The notes beneath the pieces were generated by a model. It was given only the letters and a program-made list of their open reading frames with translations, did no database searches and was not told the DNA's origin. From a virus (taxonomy: Duplodnaviria; Caudoviricetes): 30,743 nucleotides of DNA. Positions within the stretch are counted from its first letter, which is position 1; the number at the start of each line of letters is the position of its first letter. The translations under genes were made by a program, and so were the position numbers. Location: positions 1 to 30,743 of the IMG/VR virus record IMGVR_UViG_3300037762_000045; one strand, given 5' to 3'. Of this stretch, positions 1 through 8,986 are shown in pieces.

Positions 1-42
1 GTCACTTTTTCACGCAGACCCTTCACGGTTTTCGGTTTTCTG

Positions 43-441
43 ATGCCAGCGCGCCCGACTTCGAACGCCGACAAGGCCGCGAAGGGCACGGCCAGGAACG
101 ACCGGCACCATGACGAGCCGGACTTTCCCGTCGTCGAGACGGTCCCCGGTCCGCCGGACTGGCTGATTGACCCGGAGGCGGTGAAGGAGTGGAAGCACAA
201 GGCGAAGATCCTGGTGGAGGCGGCGGTACTGACCGAAACCGCGCTTTCTCTGCTCGGCCAGTACTGCAATATGCACGCGAAGGCGGTGCAGAAGTGGCGG
301 CTCGGTGCGGAACCCACGGCAGCCGAGATGACGCAGCTCCGGCTGATGGCGACGGAGTTCGGGTTCACGCCAGCCTCGCGCTTCAAGGTGGGAAGCGGCA
401 AGAAGGGTGAGGGCAACAAGTTCATGGAGCTCGTGGGTTGA
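43..441 (+). CDS. terS: Terminase small subunit (P27-like)
   Basis: 132 aa. N-terminal P-x-R-P-T...KGT, PPDWL..EA..EW and the C-terminal EFGFTPASR are typical of P27-family TerS. Its stop overlaps the TerL start. Confidence 0.9.
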   Translation: MPARPTSNADKAAKGTARNDRHHDEPDFPVVETVPGPPDWLIDPEAVKEWKHKAKILVEAAVLTETALSLLGQYCNMHAKAVQKWRLGAEPTAAEMTQLRLMATEFGFTPASRFKVGSGKKGEGNKFMELVG

Positions 442-2153
442 CGCACTCCGAGCGGGCGCACCAGTACGCGCGGGACGTGGTCGACGGCCGGGTCCTCGCG
501 TGCAAGTGGGTGCGCCTCGCCTGCCAGCGGCATTTGGACGACATGGAGCGCCGAGGCTCGGACGGCTTCCCCTACGTGTTCGACGCCGAGAAGGCCGATC
601 GTAAGGCGAAGTTCCTGGAGCTGCTCCCGCACGTGAAGGGCCGGTGGGCGCGTGAGAAGCAGACGCTCAAGCTCGAGGATTGGGACTGCTTCATCGTGTG
701 CTCGATCTACGGGTGGGTACACGAAGACACCGGACTCAGGCGCTTTCGCAAGGCGTCGGTGTACGTGCCTCGGAAGAACGGCAAGAGCTTCAAGGCGGCG
801 GGCGTCGGGGTCGCGATGTTCGTGGCCGATGACGAACCGGGCGCCGAGGTCTACTCGGGTGCCGCGACCGAGAAGCAGGCATGGGAGGTGTTTGGCCCGG
901 CCCGGCAGATCGCGAAGAAGTCGCCCGATCTCGTTGCCGCGGCGGGCATCGAGGTGAACGCCAAGACGCTCACGCGCACCGACCTCTCGACGTTCGCGCC
1001 CATGATCGGCAAGCCTGGCGATGGCGCGTCGCCACACTGCGCGATCATTGACGAGTTCCACGAGCATGCCACCTCGGACCAGTATGACACCATGCTCACC
1101 GGCATGGGGGCCAGGGAGCAGCCGCTCATGTTCGTTATCTCGACGGCCGGTGACGATATCGAGGGGCCGTGCTACGACGATTGGCGCACGGTTGAGCGCA
1201 TCCTTGAACGTCAGATCGGGGATGAGGAACACTTCGGCATCATCTACACGATCGACGACGGCGACGACTGGACGGACCCAGCGGCGCTGGAGAAGGCGAA
1301 TCCCAACATAGGCGTGAGCGTGGGCCGCGAGTTCCTGCTCGCACGCCAGCGCGAAGCAGTGCAGAACGCACGCCACCAGTATCGCTTCAAGATCAAGCAC
1401 CTAAACGTGTGGGTGACGTCCCGCGCAGCCTATCACAACTCGGAGAAGTGGCGCGAGAACGGAGACGATTCGCTCTCGCTCGACGGGCTCTGCGGTCGGC
1501 CGTGCTACATCGGCGCCGACTTGGCCTCCAAGGTCGACGTCGCCGCGCTCGGGATCCTGTTCCCGCCGACCCCAACCGACCCCTACCAGTTTATCCCGCG
1601 CTTCTACGTGCCGGAGGATAGGCTGGAGGAGCCGGAGGGCGAACGATATCGGGGGTGGGCGGCCGATGAACACCTGATCACGACCGACGGATCGCGTATC
1701 GACCTCCAGCGCATCCAGGATGACATCGCGGCGCTGGCGTCGGAGCATGAGGTCCTCGGCGTTGCGTATGACCCGTGGCAGGCGGCCCAGCTCGCGTCGA
1801 ATCTTGAGAAGGATGGCCTACTGGTGGTCGAGTTCCGCCAGACCGTGCAGACGCTATCGGAGCCCATGAAGGAATCCGAGGCCCTGAGTCTCTCAGGCGG
1901 AATCATACACGACGCGAGCCCCATCATGTCGTGGATGATTGGCAATGTGGTCGCCCGTTTTGATGCCAAGGACAACGTGTACCCACGGAAGGAGCGCGAG
2001 CAGGATAAGATCGACGGCCCGGTGGCGCTCTACATGGCGCTCGGCATGGCGATCCGTGAGGAGAACCCCGAGCCGGCCGGCGTGCATGTCATGCGTGACG
2101 AGCCGGACCGTGACGAGTCCGCCTACGAGTGGGAGGACGGGCCGCTGTGGTGA
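438..2153 (+). CDS. terL: Terminase large subunit
   Basis: Walker A VPRKNGKS, Walker B IIDEFHE, coupling motif ISTAG, nuclease motifs IGADLASKVD and DKIDGPVA. TTG start overlaps the terS stop. Confidence 0.97.
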   Translation: MTHSERAHQYARDVVDGRVLACKWVRLACQRHLDDMERRGSDGFPYVFDAEKADRKAKFLELLPHVKGRWAREKQTLKLEDWDCFIVCSIYGWVHEDTGLRRFRKASVYVPRKNGKSFKAAGVGVAMFVADDEPGAEVYSGAATEKQAWEVFGPARQIAKKSPDLVAAAGIEVNAKTLTRTDLSTFAPMIGKPGDGASPHCAIIDEFHEHATSDQYDTMLTGMGAREQPLMFVISTAGDDIEGPCYDDWRTVERILERQIGDEEHFGIIYTIDDGDDWTDPAALEKANPNIGVSVGREFLLARQREAVQNARHQYRFKIKHLNVWVTSRAAYHNSEKWRENGDDSLSLDGLCGRPCYIGADLASKVDVAALGILFPPTPTDPYQFIPRFYVPEDRLEEPEGERYRGWAADEHLITTDGSRIDLQRIQDDIAALASEHEVLGVAYDPWQAAQLASNLEKDGLLVVEFRQTVQTLSEPMKESEALSLSGGIIHDASPIMSWMIGNVVARFDAKDNVYPRKEREQDKIDGPVALYMALGMAIREENPEPAGVHVMRDEPDRDESAYEWEDGPLW

Positions 2154-2350
2154 AACTCCTCGAAGCACTCCGGCCGCTCTACCCGCACGTCTTGGGCCTT
2201 GCCGGTCTCTCGGCTGTCGTGGCGGGCGTGTGGGGCGCGCTCGGGTGGCAGGCCGGGATGGTCGCGGCCGGGCTCCCGTTCGCCGGCTTTTGGATGTATG
2301 GTGAGGCCCGCTCCGCTGGTGAGGGCTGGCGCACGAGGGAGCGCGCTTGA
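2150..2350 (+). CDS. Small two-TM membrane protein between terL and portal
   Basis: GTG at 2150 overlaps the terL TGA, and its TGA overlaps the portal ATG. Hydrophobic segment LGLAGLSAVVAGVWGALGWQAGMVAAGLPFAGFW. Such a gene is common at this position in HK97-like phages. Confidence 0.7.
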   Translation: MKLLEALRPLYPHVLGLAGLSAVVAGVWGALGWQAGMVAAGLPFAGFWMYGEARSAGEGWRTRERA

Positions 2351-3939
2351 TGCTCGCCACGCTCGCGTCCCCCAGGCTCCGCGCCGACGTAACGTGGTCG
2401 CCCCTCGACGACCGCTGGTATCGCGAGATCGGGGGCATGCGCTCCGACGCCGGCCCGGTGGTCGTCCCTGAATCCGCGCTTGGCGTCGCGGTCGTGTTCC
2501 GTGCCGTCAACGTGCTCGCTCACTCGGTCGCGTCCGTCCCGCTGGTCGTGTACCGGAGAATGGGAGACGAGGGCAAGGAGCGCGCGCGCGAGCATCCGGC
2601 GTACGGCCTGCTACACGATCAGCCGAACCCGTGGAGCACGTCGTTTCGCTGGCGGCACCTTCTGATGACGCAGGCGATCTTGTGGGGCAACCATTACTCC
2701 GAGATCATACCCGGCCCCGGCGGCATCGGCGGGCTCGTACCGCTTTCTCCGGACGCTACCCGTATCGTCGACCAGCTCAGCGACGGGCGACTCGTGTACG
2801 TGACGCGCGAAGTGGGCGTGACGGGTTTCGGGCCGGAGCGTAGGTTGCTCCAGGACAGTGTATTCCATGTCCGTGGGTTCAGCCTCGACGGCAAGAGCGG
2901 CATCCCGTTGACCAAGCTCGCGAGGAACGCGATCGGCCTCGCCCTATCCGCGGAGCGGCACGGCTCGATGTTCATGCGCCGCGGCCAGCGATTCTCGGGG
3001 TTCTTGTCGACCGACTCGCCGATGAAGAAGGAGGTGCGTGAGGAGAACGAGAAGTCGTGGCTGGGCGTCTACGGTGGCTCGGACGGATCGGGCCGGACTC
3101 CGCTTCTTACCGGCGGCCTGAAGTACAATGCGATCAGCGCGAACAACAGGGACTCGCAATGGCTCGAGTCTCGCCAGTTCCAGGTCGAGGAGTTGCTGCG
3201 CTTCCTTGGTGTGCCGGGCGTGCTCGTGGGCCATCCCGACAAGACGGCGACGTATGCAAGCGCCGAGCAGTTCTTCCTGTCGTTCGTGACGCACTCGGTA
3301 CGGCCATGGACGGAGAACGTCTCTGCGGAGCTATCGACGTCCGTGCTTACTGGTGGGTCCGAGTTTTTCAGCGACTTCATTCTCGAAGGGCTGCTGAGGG
3401 GGGACATCAAGACGCGCTACGACTCGCATCGCATCGCGATCGAGTCCGGCTGGAAGACGAGGAATGAGGTGAGGGTCGAGGAGAACTACAACCGGGGGCC
3501 GGACGAGCTCGACGAGTTCCTCCAGCCGATGAACATGGGCGCCGCAGGCGAGGAGCCAGAACCGGCGCCCGCACCGCCCGCCTCGCCCCCCAACGACGGC
3601 ACCCAGGCCCGGCTCGCCGCCATCGCTGAGCGCAGCGTCGAGCGACTCGTGCGGAAGGAGTTCGTTGCGGTGTGCGGCGACCCCGGCCGGACGAAGGGTG
3701 CGGCGGTGCGGTATGCCGACGACCCGGAGGGCTGGGAGAAGTGGCTGGCCAAGTTCTACAGCGACCATGCGGTCACGGTGGCCGAAGACTTGGGCGCCTC
3801 GCTCCTGGATGCCCGGGCTTACTGCGACGGCCAGCGCCAGCGGTTTCTTGTATTGCAACCTGCGGACGCCTCAGCCGAGCCGGACAGCGTGCGCGCCCTT
3901 ACGAGGATTACTCCCGGCCTGGAGAACGGCCATGCATAG
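2350..3939 (+). CDS. Portal protein, HK97 family, with C-terminal extension
   Basis: AVVFRAVNVLAHSVASVPL, LLHDQPNPW, LWGNHY, VFHVRGFSLDGKSGIP, SQWLESRQFQVEEL, LLRGD..TR, GWKTRNEVRVEEN, FLQPMNM. Start placed at the TGATG overlap (2350); the TTG at 2347 is an alternative. Confidence 0.95.
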   Translation: MLATLASPRLRADVTWSPLDDRWYREIGGMRSDAGPVVVPESALGVAVVFRAVNVLAHSVASVPLVVYRRMGDEGKERAREHPAYGLLHDQPNPWSTSFRWRHLLMTQAILWGNHYSEIIPGPGGIGGLVPLSPDATRIVDQLSDGRLVYVTREVGVTGFGPERRLLQDSVFHVRGFSLDGKSGIPLTKLARNAIGLALSAERHGSMFMRRGQRFSGFLSTDSPMKKEVREENEKSWLGVYGGSDGSGRTPLLTGGLKYNAISANNRDSQWLESRQFQVEELLRFLGVPGVLVGHPDKTATYASAEQFFLSFVTHSVRPWTENVSAELSTSVLTGGSEFFSDFILEGLLRGDIKTRYDSHRIAIESGWKTRNEVRVEENYNRGPDELDEFLQPMNMGAAGEEPEPAPAPPASPPNDGTQARLAAIAERSVERLVRKEFVAVCGDPGRTKGAAVRYADDPEGWEKWLAKFYSDHAVTVAEDLGASLLDARAYCDGQRQRFLVLQPADASAEPDSVRALTRITPGLENGHA

Positions 3940-4828
3940 CAGCCTGCCCCACCTCCTCCGTTCGCTCACAGCCGAGCCGCTCGTGATCGAGCGACGGACG
4001 CTCGACGCCTTCCTCAGTGTACTCCGCAGGCGCAGCCTGGAGGGCGCGTCGTTCTCAGGGCCGGAGCTGCACGCGGAGCTCGGGATCGCGACGCCCCGCT
4101 CGCAACGCGGCGCGAGCACGGAACGCCGGGTCGAGGTCATCCCGGTCGTGGGCACTATCATGAACCGAGCGCACTCGATGGGCGCGGGCGCGGTGCAGAT
4201 CGGGGACGCGATCGACAGGGCGGTATCGGATGCGCGCGTGGACGCGATCGTGCTGGATGTGGACTCGCCGGGAGGGACCGTGACTGGTGTGCCCGAACTG
4301 GCCGCCAAGGTCCGTGCGGCCAGGGAAGCCAAGCCTGTCGTCGCGGTCGCAAACGGCATGATGGCGTCGGCCGCGTACTGGATCGCCTCACAGGCGAGCG
4401 AGGTCGTGGCGTCGCCGTCCTCCGACGTTGGCTCGATCGGCGTGTTCGCGATGCACGAGGACTGGTCTAAGTGGCTGGAAAACGAGGGAGTGGCTGTGAC
4501 GGAGATCGCGGCCGGCAAGTTCAAGACCGAGGGCGCGCCCTGGAAGCCGCTCGACGCCGAAGGCGAGGAGTTCTTCCGCTCGCGCGTCACGGAGGTCTAC
4601 GACTGGTTCGTGCGCGACGTGGCGGCGGGGCGGGGTGACAGCCCATCGAACGTACGCGGTGGGTACGGGGAAGGTCGCGTGCTTGGCGCGAAGGACGCGA
4701 AGGCGACCGGGCTCGTCGACCGTATCGAGACGCTGGACGAGACGCTCGCGCGCCTTACCGCGGGTCGCTCGCCACGCGCACGCACCAGGGCCGAGGTTCA
4801 GGTGCGGAGGGGGGCGCGACGTGGGTAG
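3932..4828 (+). CDS. Prohead maturation protease, S49 (SppA/lambda C-like)
   Basis: LDVDSPGG, MASAAYWIAS, VGSIGV and AGKFK motifs. ATG 3932 follows GGAGA and overlaps the portal stop; the longer 3665 start is unlikely. Confidence 0.92.
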   Translation: MHSSLPHLLRSLTAEPLVIERRTLDAFLSVLRRRSLEGASFSGPELHAELGIATPRSQRGASTERRVEVIPVVGTIMNRAHSMGAGAVQIGDAIDRAVSDARVDAIVLDVDSPGGTVTGVPELAAKVRAAREAKPVVAVANGMMASAAYWIASQASEVVASPSSDVGSIGVFAMHEDWSKWLENEGVAVTEIAAGKFKTEGAPWKPLDAEGEEFFRSRVTEVYDWFVRDVAAGRGDSPSNVRGGYGEGRVLGAKDAKATGLVDRIETLDETLARLTAGRSPRARTRAEVQVRRGARRG

Positions 4829-5021
4829 GCAACGGTGGCGGCGCCCGATCCCCCCAGACAAGGCGTGGAGTCTACTCGTGGATGACGGTGAGCTTGCTGA
4901 GTACGCAGTGCACGACGGCGGCTACTGGTACGCGGTGGATGTCCCGTATACCGGAAGTGCGCCAACCGATGACGAGAAGGAACGGGCATGGGCTAAGGCG
5001 GTGGCGGATCGGTTCGCTTGA
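4821..5021 (+). CDS. Hypothetical 66-aa protein
   Basis: GTG at 4821 after GGAGG, overlapping the protease stop. Translation MGRQRWRRPIPPDKAWSLLVDDGELAEYAVHDGGYWYAVDVPY... looks protein-like. Confidence 0.5.
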   Translation: MGRQRWRRPIPPDKAWSLLVDDGELAEYAVHDGGYWYAVDVPYTGSAPTDDEKERAWAKAVADRFA

Positions 5022-5047
5022 CCCAGGCCGAACGCGTACAGTAGATT
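5018..5047 (+). promoter_or_regulatory. Sigma70-like promoter upstream of capsid leader
   Basis: TTGACC (5018-5023), 18-nt spacer, TAGATT (5042-5047). Confidence 0.55.
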
Positions 5048-5067
5048 CACCAGCAGGTACATAGCGG

Positions 5068-5205
5068 GCCACGACACCCCGGCATCCAATGATCGCCGGT
5101 GAGTGGCACCGAGAAGGCCGAAGACCCACGCCTCCGAGTTAGCGCGTGTGACGGCCGGTGACCCGAAATCACTTCGGGCGCCGGGTTTCGTCACCCGCGC
5201 TTTTT
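5068..5205 (+). promoter_or_regulatory. Structured 5' leader of major capsid gene ending in terminator-like hairpin
   Basis: Hairpin 1 spans GCCAC(5068)...GTGGC(5107). Hairpin 2 is AGCGCG-GTGACG-CCGG-CCCGAA/TTCGGG-CCGG-CGTCAC-CGCGCT (5141-5201), followed by a T run. Confidence 0.6.
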
Positions 5206-5249
5206 CGTGTGTGCAGCCCCGGCGCCGACCGACCGGGAGAGCATGCACG

Positions 5250-6647
5250 ATGGCTGCCAAGATCCATGAGCTGAGGGCCAAGTGGGACGGGCTGGTGAAG
5301 GAGGCGAACGACGCCCTCACCGCCGCCCAGGCCAAGGCCGAGGAGGAAGGCCGAGAGCTGACCGCCGAGGAGCTCGCCGCGCAGGACGCCTTTGACGCTA
5401 AGATCAAGGCCGCCAGCGAGGCGTACCACCTCGAGGCGAAGAAGAACGAGCGCCTCGCGGGACTCGGGGCGAGCGGAGCCCCCGCCAGCCCACAGGTCAC
5501 CGACGTGCGGTTCCGCGCGGACGGCGACCCGAAGCGTGGCTTCCAGTCGCACCGGGACTTCTTCCTGTCCTGCATCGAGCACTCCGGCCTCCGGGACCGC
5601 GAGCACGTCGAGGACGAGCGACTGAAGTCGCTGGCCGTAATGGACAAGGAGGACAAGGTCGCCGCGGGCGAGCTGGCGTTCATGCTCCCGTCCGCGTTTA
5701 CGCCGAAGGCGGCCGCAGGGTCGGATGAGCAGGGCGAGTACTCCGACACCTACGGCGGGTTCGCGGTGCCGACGTCGCGCCTTCCGGGGCTGCTCCAGGT
5801 AGGATTCGAGGGCGACCCCACCGCCGGCATGACGATGTCCCTACCGATGGCCACGCCTTCGGTAGAGATCATGGCTCGGACCGACAAGGACCACTCGACC
5901 AGCGTGTCGGGCGGGTTTACGGTTGCACGCCGCTCGGAGACCACGGCGCCGAGCTCGAGTCGGATGGCGCTCGAGATGATCGGCCTCAGGGCGGCCAGCC
6001 TGTTCGGGCTCGCCTACGCGACCGAGGAGATCCTTCAGGACTCCGCGATCAGCTTCGCGGCCATGATCGACTCCGGGTTCAGGAGCCAGTTCGGGGCGCA
6101 CATCCTGAACGAGAAGATCCGGGGCGGCGGCGGCAACGAGTACCACGGCATCCTCTCGGCGCTCTGCAAGATCCAGGTCTCCAAGGAGACCAACCAGGCT
6201 GCCGACACGATCGTTTTCGACAACGTCAACAAGATGGCCGCGCGCTGCTGGGGCTACGGCAACGCCGTGTGGCTCGCGAACCACAACACGCGCCCGCAGC
6301 TCGCCAAGATCGCGCTGCCGGTCGGCACGGGTGGCGTGGCGATGTACCAGCCGGCCTCGGTGCCCGGAGCGCTCGACATGCTAATGGGCCGGCCGGTGAT
6401 CTACTCCGAGTACATGAGCACGCTGGGCGACGCGGGAGACATCGTGCTCGTCAACTGGAGCCAGTTCCTCGAGGGCACCTACCAGCCGATCCAGGGCGCC
6501 GAGTCGGTCCACGTCCGGTTCGTCAACCACGAGCGGACGTTCAAGCTCTGGACCCGCAACTGCGGCGCGCCGTGGTGGAGAAGCGCGCTGACGCCCAACA
6601 AGGGCGACACGCTCTCCCCGATCATCACCCTGGCCGCCCGCGCGTAA
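5250..6647 (+). CDS. Major capsid protein, HK97 fold with N-terminal delta/scaffold domain
   Basis: 465 aa from ATG 5250 (GGGAGA RBS). N-terminal coiled coil ELTAEE, then GGFAVP, ATEEILQDS, LMGRPVIYSEYMSTLGDAGDI and SVHVRF. Position follows the protease. Confidence 0.93.
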   Translation: MAAKIHELRAKWDGLVKEANDALTAAQAKAEEEGRELTAEELAAQDAFDAKIKAASEAYHLEAKKNERLAGLGASGAPASPQVTDVRFRADGDPKRGFQSHRDFFLSCIEHSGLRDREHVEDERLKSLAVMDKEDKVAAGELAFMLPSAFTPKAAAGSDEQGEYSDTYGGFAVPTSRLPGLLQVGFEGDPTAGMTMSLPMATPSVEIMARTDKDHSTSVSGGFTVARRSETTAPSSSRMALEMIGLRAASLFGLAYATEEILQDSAISFAAMIDSGFRSQFGAHILNEKIRGGGGNEYHGILSALCKIQVSKETNQAADTIVFDNVNKMAARCWGYGNAVWLANHNTRPQLAKIALPVGTGGVAMYQPASVPGALDMLMGRPVIYSEYMSTLGDAGDIVLVNWSQFLEGTYQPIQGAESVHVRFVNHERTFKLWTRNCGAPWWRSALTPNKGDTLSPIITLAARA

Positions 6648-6673
6648 GCGCCTGACCTGAAGGAGATACGAAC

Positions 6674-7129
6674 ATGGCTGCAAACTACACCGCCGAGCAC
6701 CTGACGGCTCGGGCTGCGCGGGTCCTCGTCGAGCATGACCCGGGCGCGGACACGGTCGTGGTCGTGGCGCTGACCCCGACTGCCGACTGCTTCGAAATCG
6801 CGGACGGCTACCGCCGGTTCCTGGCGGGCCTAATCCGTACGGTCGGCACGGGCAACATCGACGAGTTCAGCATCATCGCTGCGACGGCCGCAGACGGCTC
6901 CGGCGCCACGGTCGTGGCCACCCACGCCTTCGGTGACGAGGCGGACGCGGTCGGTGACTTCGTCTGGCTCGAATGCGACATCGACCAGGTGCGCGAGGTG
7001 CTCGCGACCGCGACGCATATCGGCGTCCAGGTCGAGCAGGCGACGGCCGGCGACGAGTGCGTGATTTACTTCGAGCGCGCGGACCCGCTGCACTCCCACA
7101 CGGGCCTGACGGCGGACACCATCGCGTAG
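6674..7129 (+). CDS. Putative capsid-associated/decoration protein
   Basis: AAGGAG RBS, acidic and beta-rich 151 aa, directly after the capsid gene. Function inferred from position only. Confidence 0.55.
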   Translation: MAANYTAEHLTARAARVLVEHDPGADTVVVVALTPTADCFEIADGYRRFLAGLIRTVGTGNIDEFSIIAATAADGSGATVVATHAFGDEADAVGDFVWLECDIDQVREVLATATHIGVQVEQATAGDECVIYFERADPLHSHTGLTADTIA

Positions 7130-7137
7130 TAAGTGAA

Positions 7138-7167
7138 CCGGGGTGGGGCCTTCGGGTCCCGCCCCGG
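7138..7167 (+). terminator. 13-bp GC hairpin with C(UUCG)G tetraloop (terminator or mRNA-stabilising stem)
   Basis: CCGGGGTGGGGCC-TTCG-GGTCCCGCCCCGG with two G-U pairs. There is no U tract. Confidence 0.6.
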
Positions 7168-7230
7168 CCCTGACATACACGGGCGGAACCACCGCCACTG
7201 AAACGCCTGCGGGCGTATGGAGAGCGAATC

Positions 7231-7722
7231 ATGCCGGTCACGAACGTAAGGTCCGAGTGGGTCGACGGCGACCTGATCTTCCGCGACAAGGACGGGACGA
7301 CTCTCGCACGGTTCGCCGGCTCGGATGCCGCGCTGATCGTGCCCAACGCAGCGAAGACCGTCCGGTCCCGCTTCACCATCGCGCAGGTGAACGCGGGCGT
7401 CGAGTTGCTGCCCGCGATCGACGGCTACAAGTACCGCTTCGTCGCAGCCAAGATGATCGGCGTCGGCGGCGCGGTCACGGCGAACGACACTGTGGACATT
7501 CTGGGCACACAGTCGACGTCCAAGAAGCTCGTGACGTTCGCGCAATCCGATATGACCGAGAACACGGTGGTCGGCGAGGCGGACGGCACCTACCTGGCCG
7601 CCGGCGCCTCGTTCGAGGCGTGCGACGAGGATACCGCGATCACGGTGGACATCACCGGATCCGACATCACGACCGCCACCCACATCGACGTGATCCTGAC
7701 CTACTCGATCGAGGAGGCGTAG
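7231..7722 (+). CDS. Putative virion (head accessory) protein
   Basis: GGAGA RBS, 163 aa, beta-rich with high Thr/Asp/Ala, within the head module. Confidence 0.6.
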   Translation: MPVTNVRSEWVDGDLIFRDKDGTTLARFAGSDAALIVPNAAKTVRSRFTIAQVNAGVELLPAIDGYKYRFVAAKMIGVGGAVTANDTVDILGTQSTSKKLVTFAQSDMTENTVVGEADGTYLAAGASFEACDEDTAITVDITGSDITTATHIDVILTYSIEEA

Positions 7723-7725
7723 GCC

Positions 7726-8076
7726 ATGTCCGTCACTGAGACGGTCCACGGCTCCGTCAAGAAGATCGTATTCGCCTGGACGTCGGATTCGGGCGGTGAT
7801 GCGGAGGAGGTCACGGCCGAGGCCTACGATGGTGACTTGCTCGGGCTGACGACGATTCCCGACGCGGCCGCCGCGCCGACCGACAACTACGACATCGTCA
7901 TCACCGACGCGGGCGGCCACGACGTGCTGCTCGGGGCCGGCGCCGATCGTGCGACCGCGACCACCGAGCACGTAGCCCGCACCAGCCTAGGGGCCGCCGC
8001 CGCGTCGGTGCTGACCCTGACCGTGTCGAATGCCGGCAACGCCAAGGAAGGCGTCGTCATCCTATACGTGCGGTGA
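7726..8076 (+). CDS. Putative virion (head accessory) protein
   Basis: GAGGAGG RBS, 116 aa with a beta-sandwich-like pattern; stop overlaps the connector gene. Confidence 0.6.
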   Translation: MSVTETVHGSVKKIVFAWTSDSGGDAEEVTAEAYDGDLLGLTTIPDAAAAPTDNYDIVITDAGGHDVLLGAGADRATATTEHVARTSLGAAAASVLTLTVSNAGNAKEGVVILYVR

Positions 8077-8654
8077 CGGCGATGCGCCTCGAACTCGTCA
8101 CTGGCCCGGCCACGGAGCCCCTCGCGCTGGCCGAAGTACGCGTACGACTGAGGATCAGCCACACGGACGACGACGACGACCTCGACCTGGCGATCCTGCG
8201 CGCGCGCGAGGACGCTGAGACGCGCCTTGGTCGCGCGCTGATCACGCAGACCTGGCGACTCAACCTCGACTGCTTCCCAGCGACGGGCGAGCTCGAGCTA
8301 CCGCGTCCGCCGCTCCAGTCGGTGTCGAGCGTCAAGTACATAGACGAGGACGGCGATCTCCAGACGCTGGCAACCTCCGAGTACGTGGTTGACACGAGCG
8401 GCGAGAAGGGCAGGCTCTACCTCGCGTGGGAGAAGTCGTGGCCCTCTATTCGCATCGAGCCAAACGCGGTGCGCGTCGAGTTCGTCGCCGGCTACGGCGA
8501 TGACGCTTCGGACGTGCCGGCCCGGTTCCGGGCGTGGATGCTGATCAAGGCCGGCGACCACTACGCGCATCGTGAGGGCACCATCACCGGCACGATCGCG
8601 ACGCGGTTGGAGTTTGTCGACGAGTTGCTGAACCAAGAGGCGGTGCTGTTCTGA
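8073..8654 (+). CDS. Head-tail connector (HK97 gp6 / phiE125 gp8-like)
   Basis: PATEPLALAEVRVRLRI, RALITQTW, ELPRPPLQSVSSVKY, NAVRVEFVAGYG..DVP, HYAHRE. Confidence 0.9.
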   Translation: MTAMRLELVTGPATEPLALAEVRVRLRISHTDDDDDLDLAILRAREDAETRLGRALITQTWRLNLDCFPATGELELPRPPLQSVSSVKYIDEDGDLQTLATSEYVVDTSGEKGRLYLAWEKSWPSIRIEPNAVRVEFVAGYGDDASDVPARFRAWMLIKAGDHYAHREGTITGTIATRLEFVDELLNQEAVLF

Positions 8655-8986
8655 TGGCGGTACGTGCCGGCCTGTTGCGTCACCCCGTCAAGATCGAGCA
8701 TCCGGTTGAGACGCAAGACGACTACGGCGAGCCAGTGAAGACGTGGCAGAAGATCCCTAGCGGCGACGATTGGGCGAGGAAGGAGGATCTGACCGGCCGC
8801 GAACTGTTCCAGGCTCAGCAGATCACCGCCCAGATCACGACGCAGTTCACACTCCGCTACCGCGACGATGTGGACGGGCGCATGCAGGTCGTGTGCGACG
8901 GCGCCTACTACCACATCGAGAGCGTTCAGGACCCGGATGGTAGGCGGGAGAGCACGCTCCTACTGTGCAGCCGGAGCGTGAACTGA
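8654..8986 (+). CDS. Head closure / head-tail adaptor (SPP1 gp16-like)
   Basis: AGLLRHPVKIE, DDYGEP..TW, GRELFQAQQ, LRYRDDV, YHIESV.DPDGRR. Confidence 0.9.
   Translation: MAVRAGLLRHPVKIEHPVETQDDYGEPVKTWQKIPSGDDWARKEDLTGRELFQAQQITAQITTQFTLRYRDDVDGRMQVVCDGAYYHIESVQDPDGRRESTLLLCSRSVN

Noticed and set aside
3665-3931. N-terminal extension of the protease ORF
   Set aside because: Overlaps the portal by more than 250 nt with an Arg/Pro-rich shadow translation; ATG 3932 is the coupled start.
5103-5249. N-terminal extension of capsid ORF from GTG 5103
   Set aside because: Runs through the hairpin leader with no RBS; ATG 5250 has GGGAGA and begins the coiled coil.
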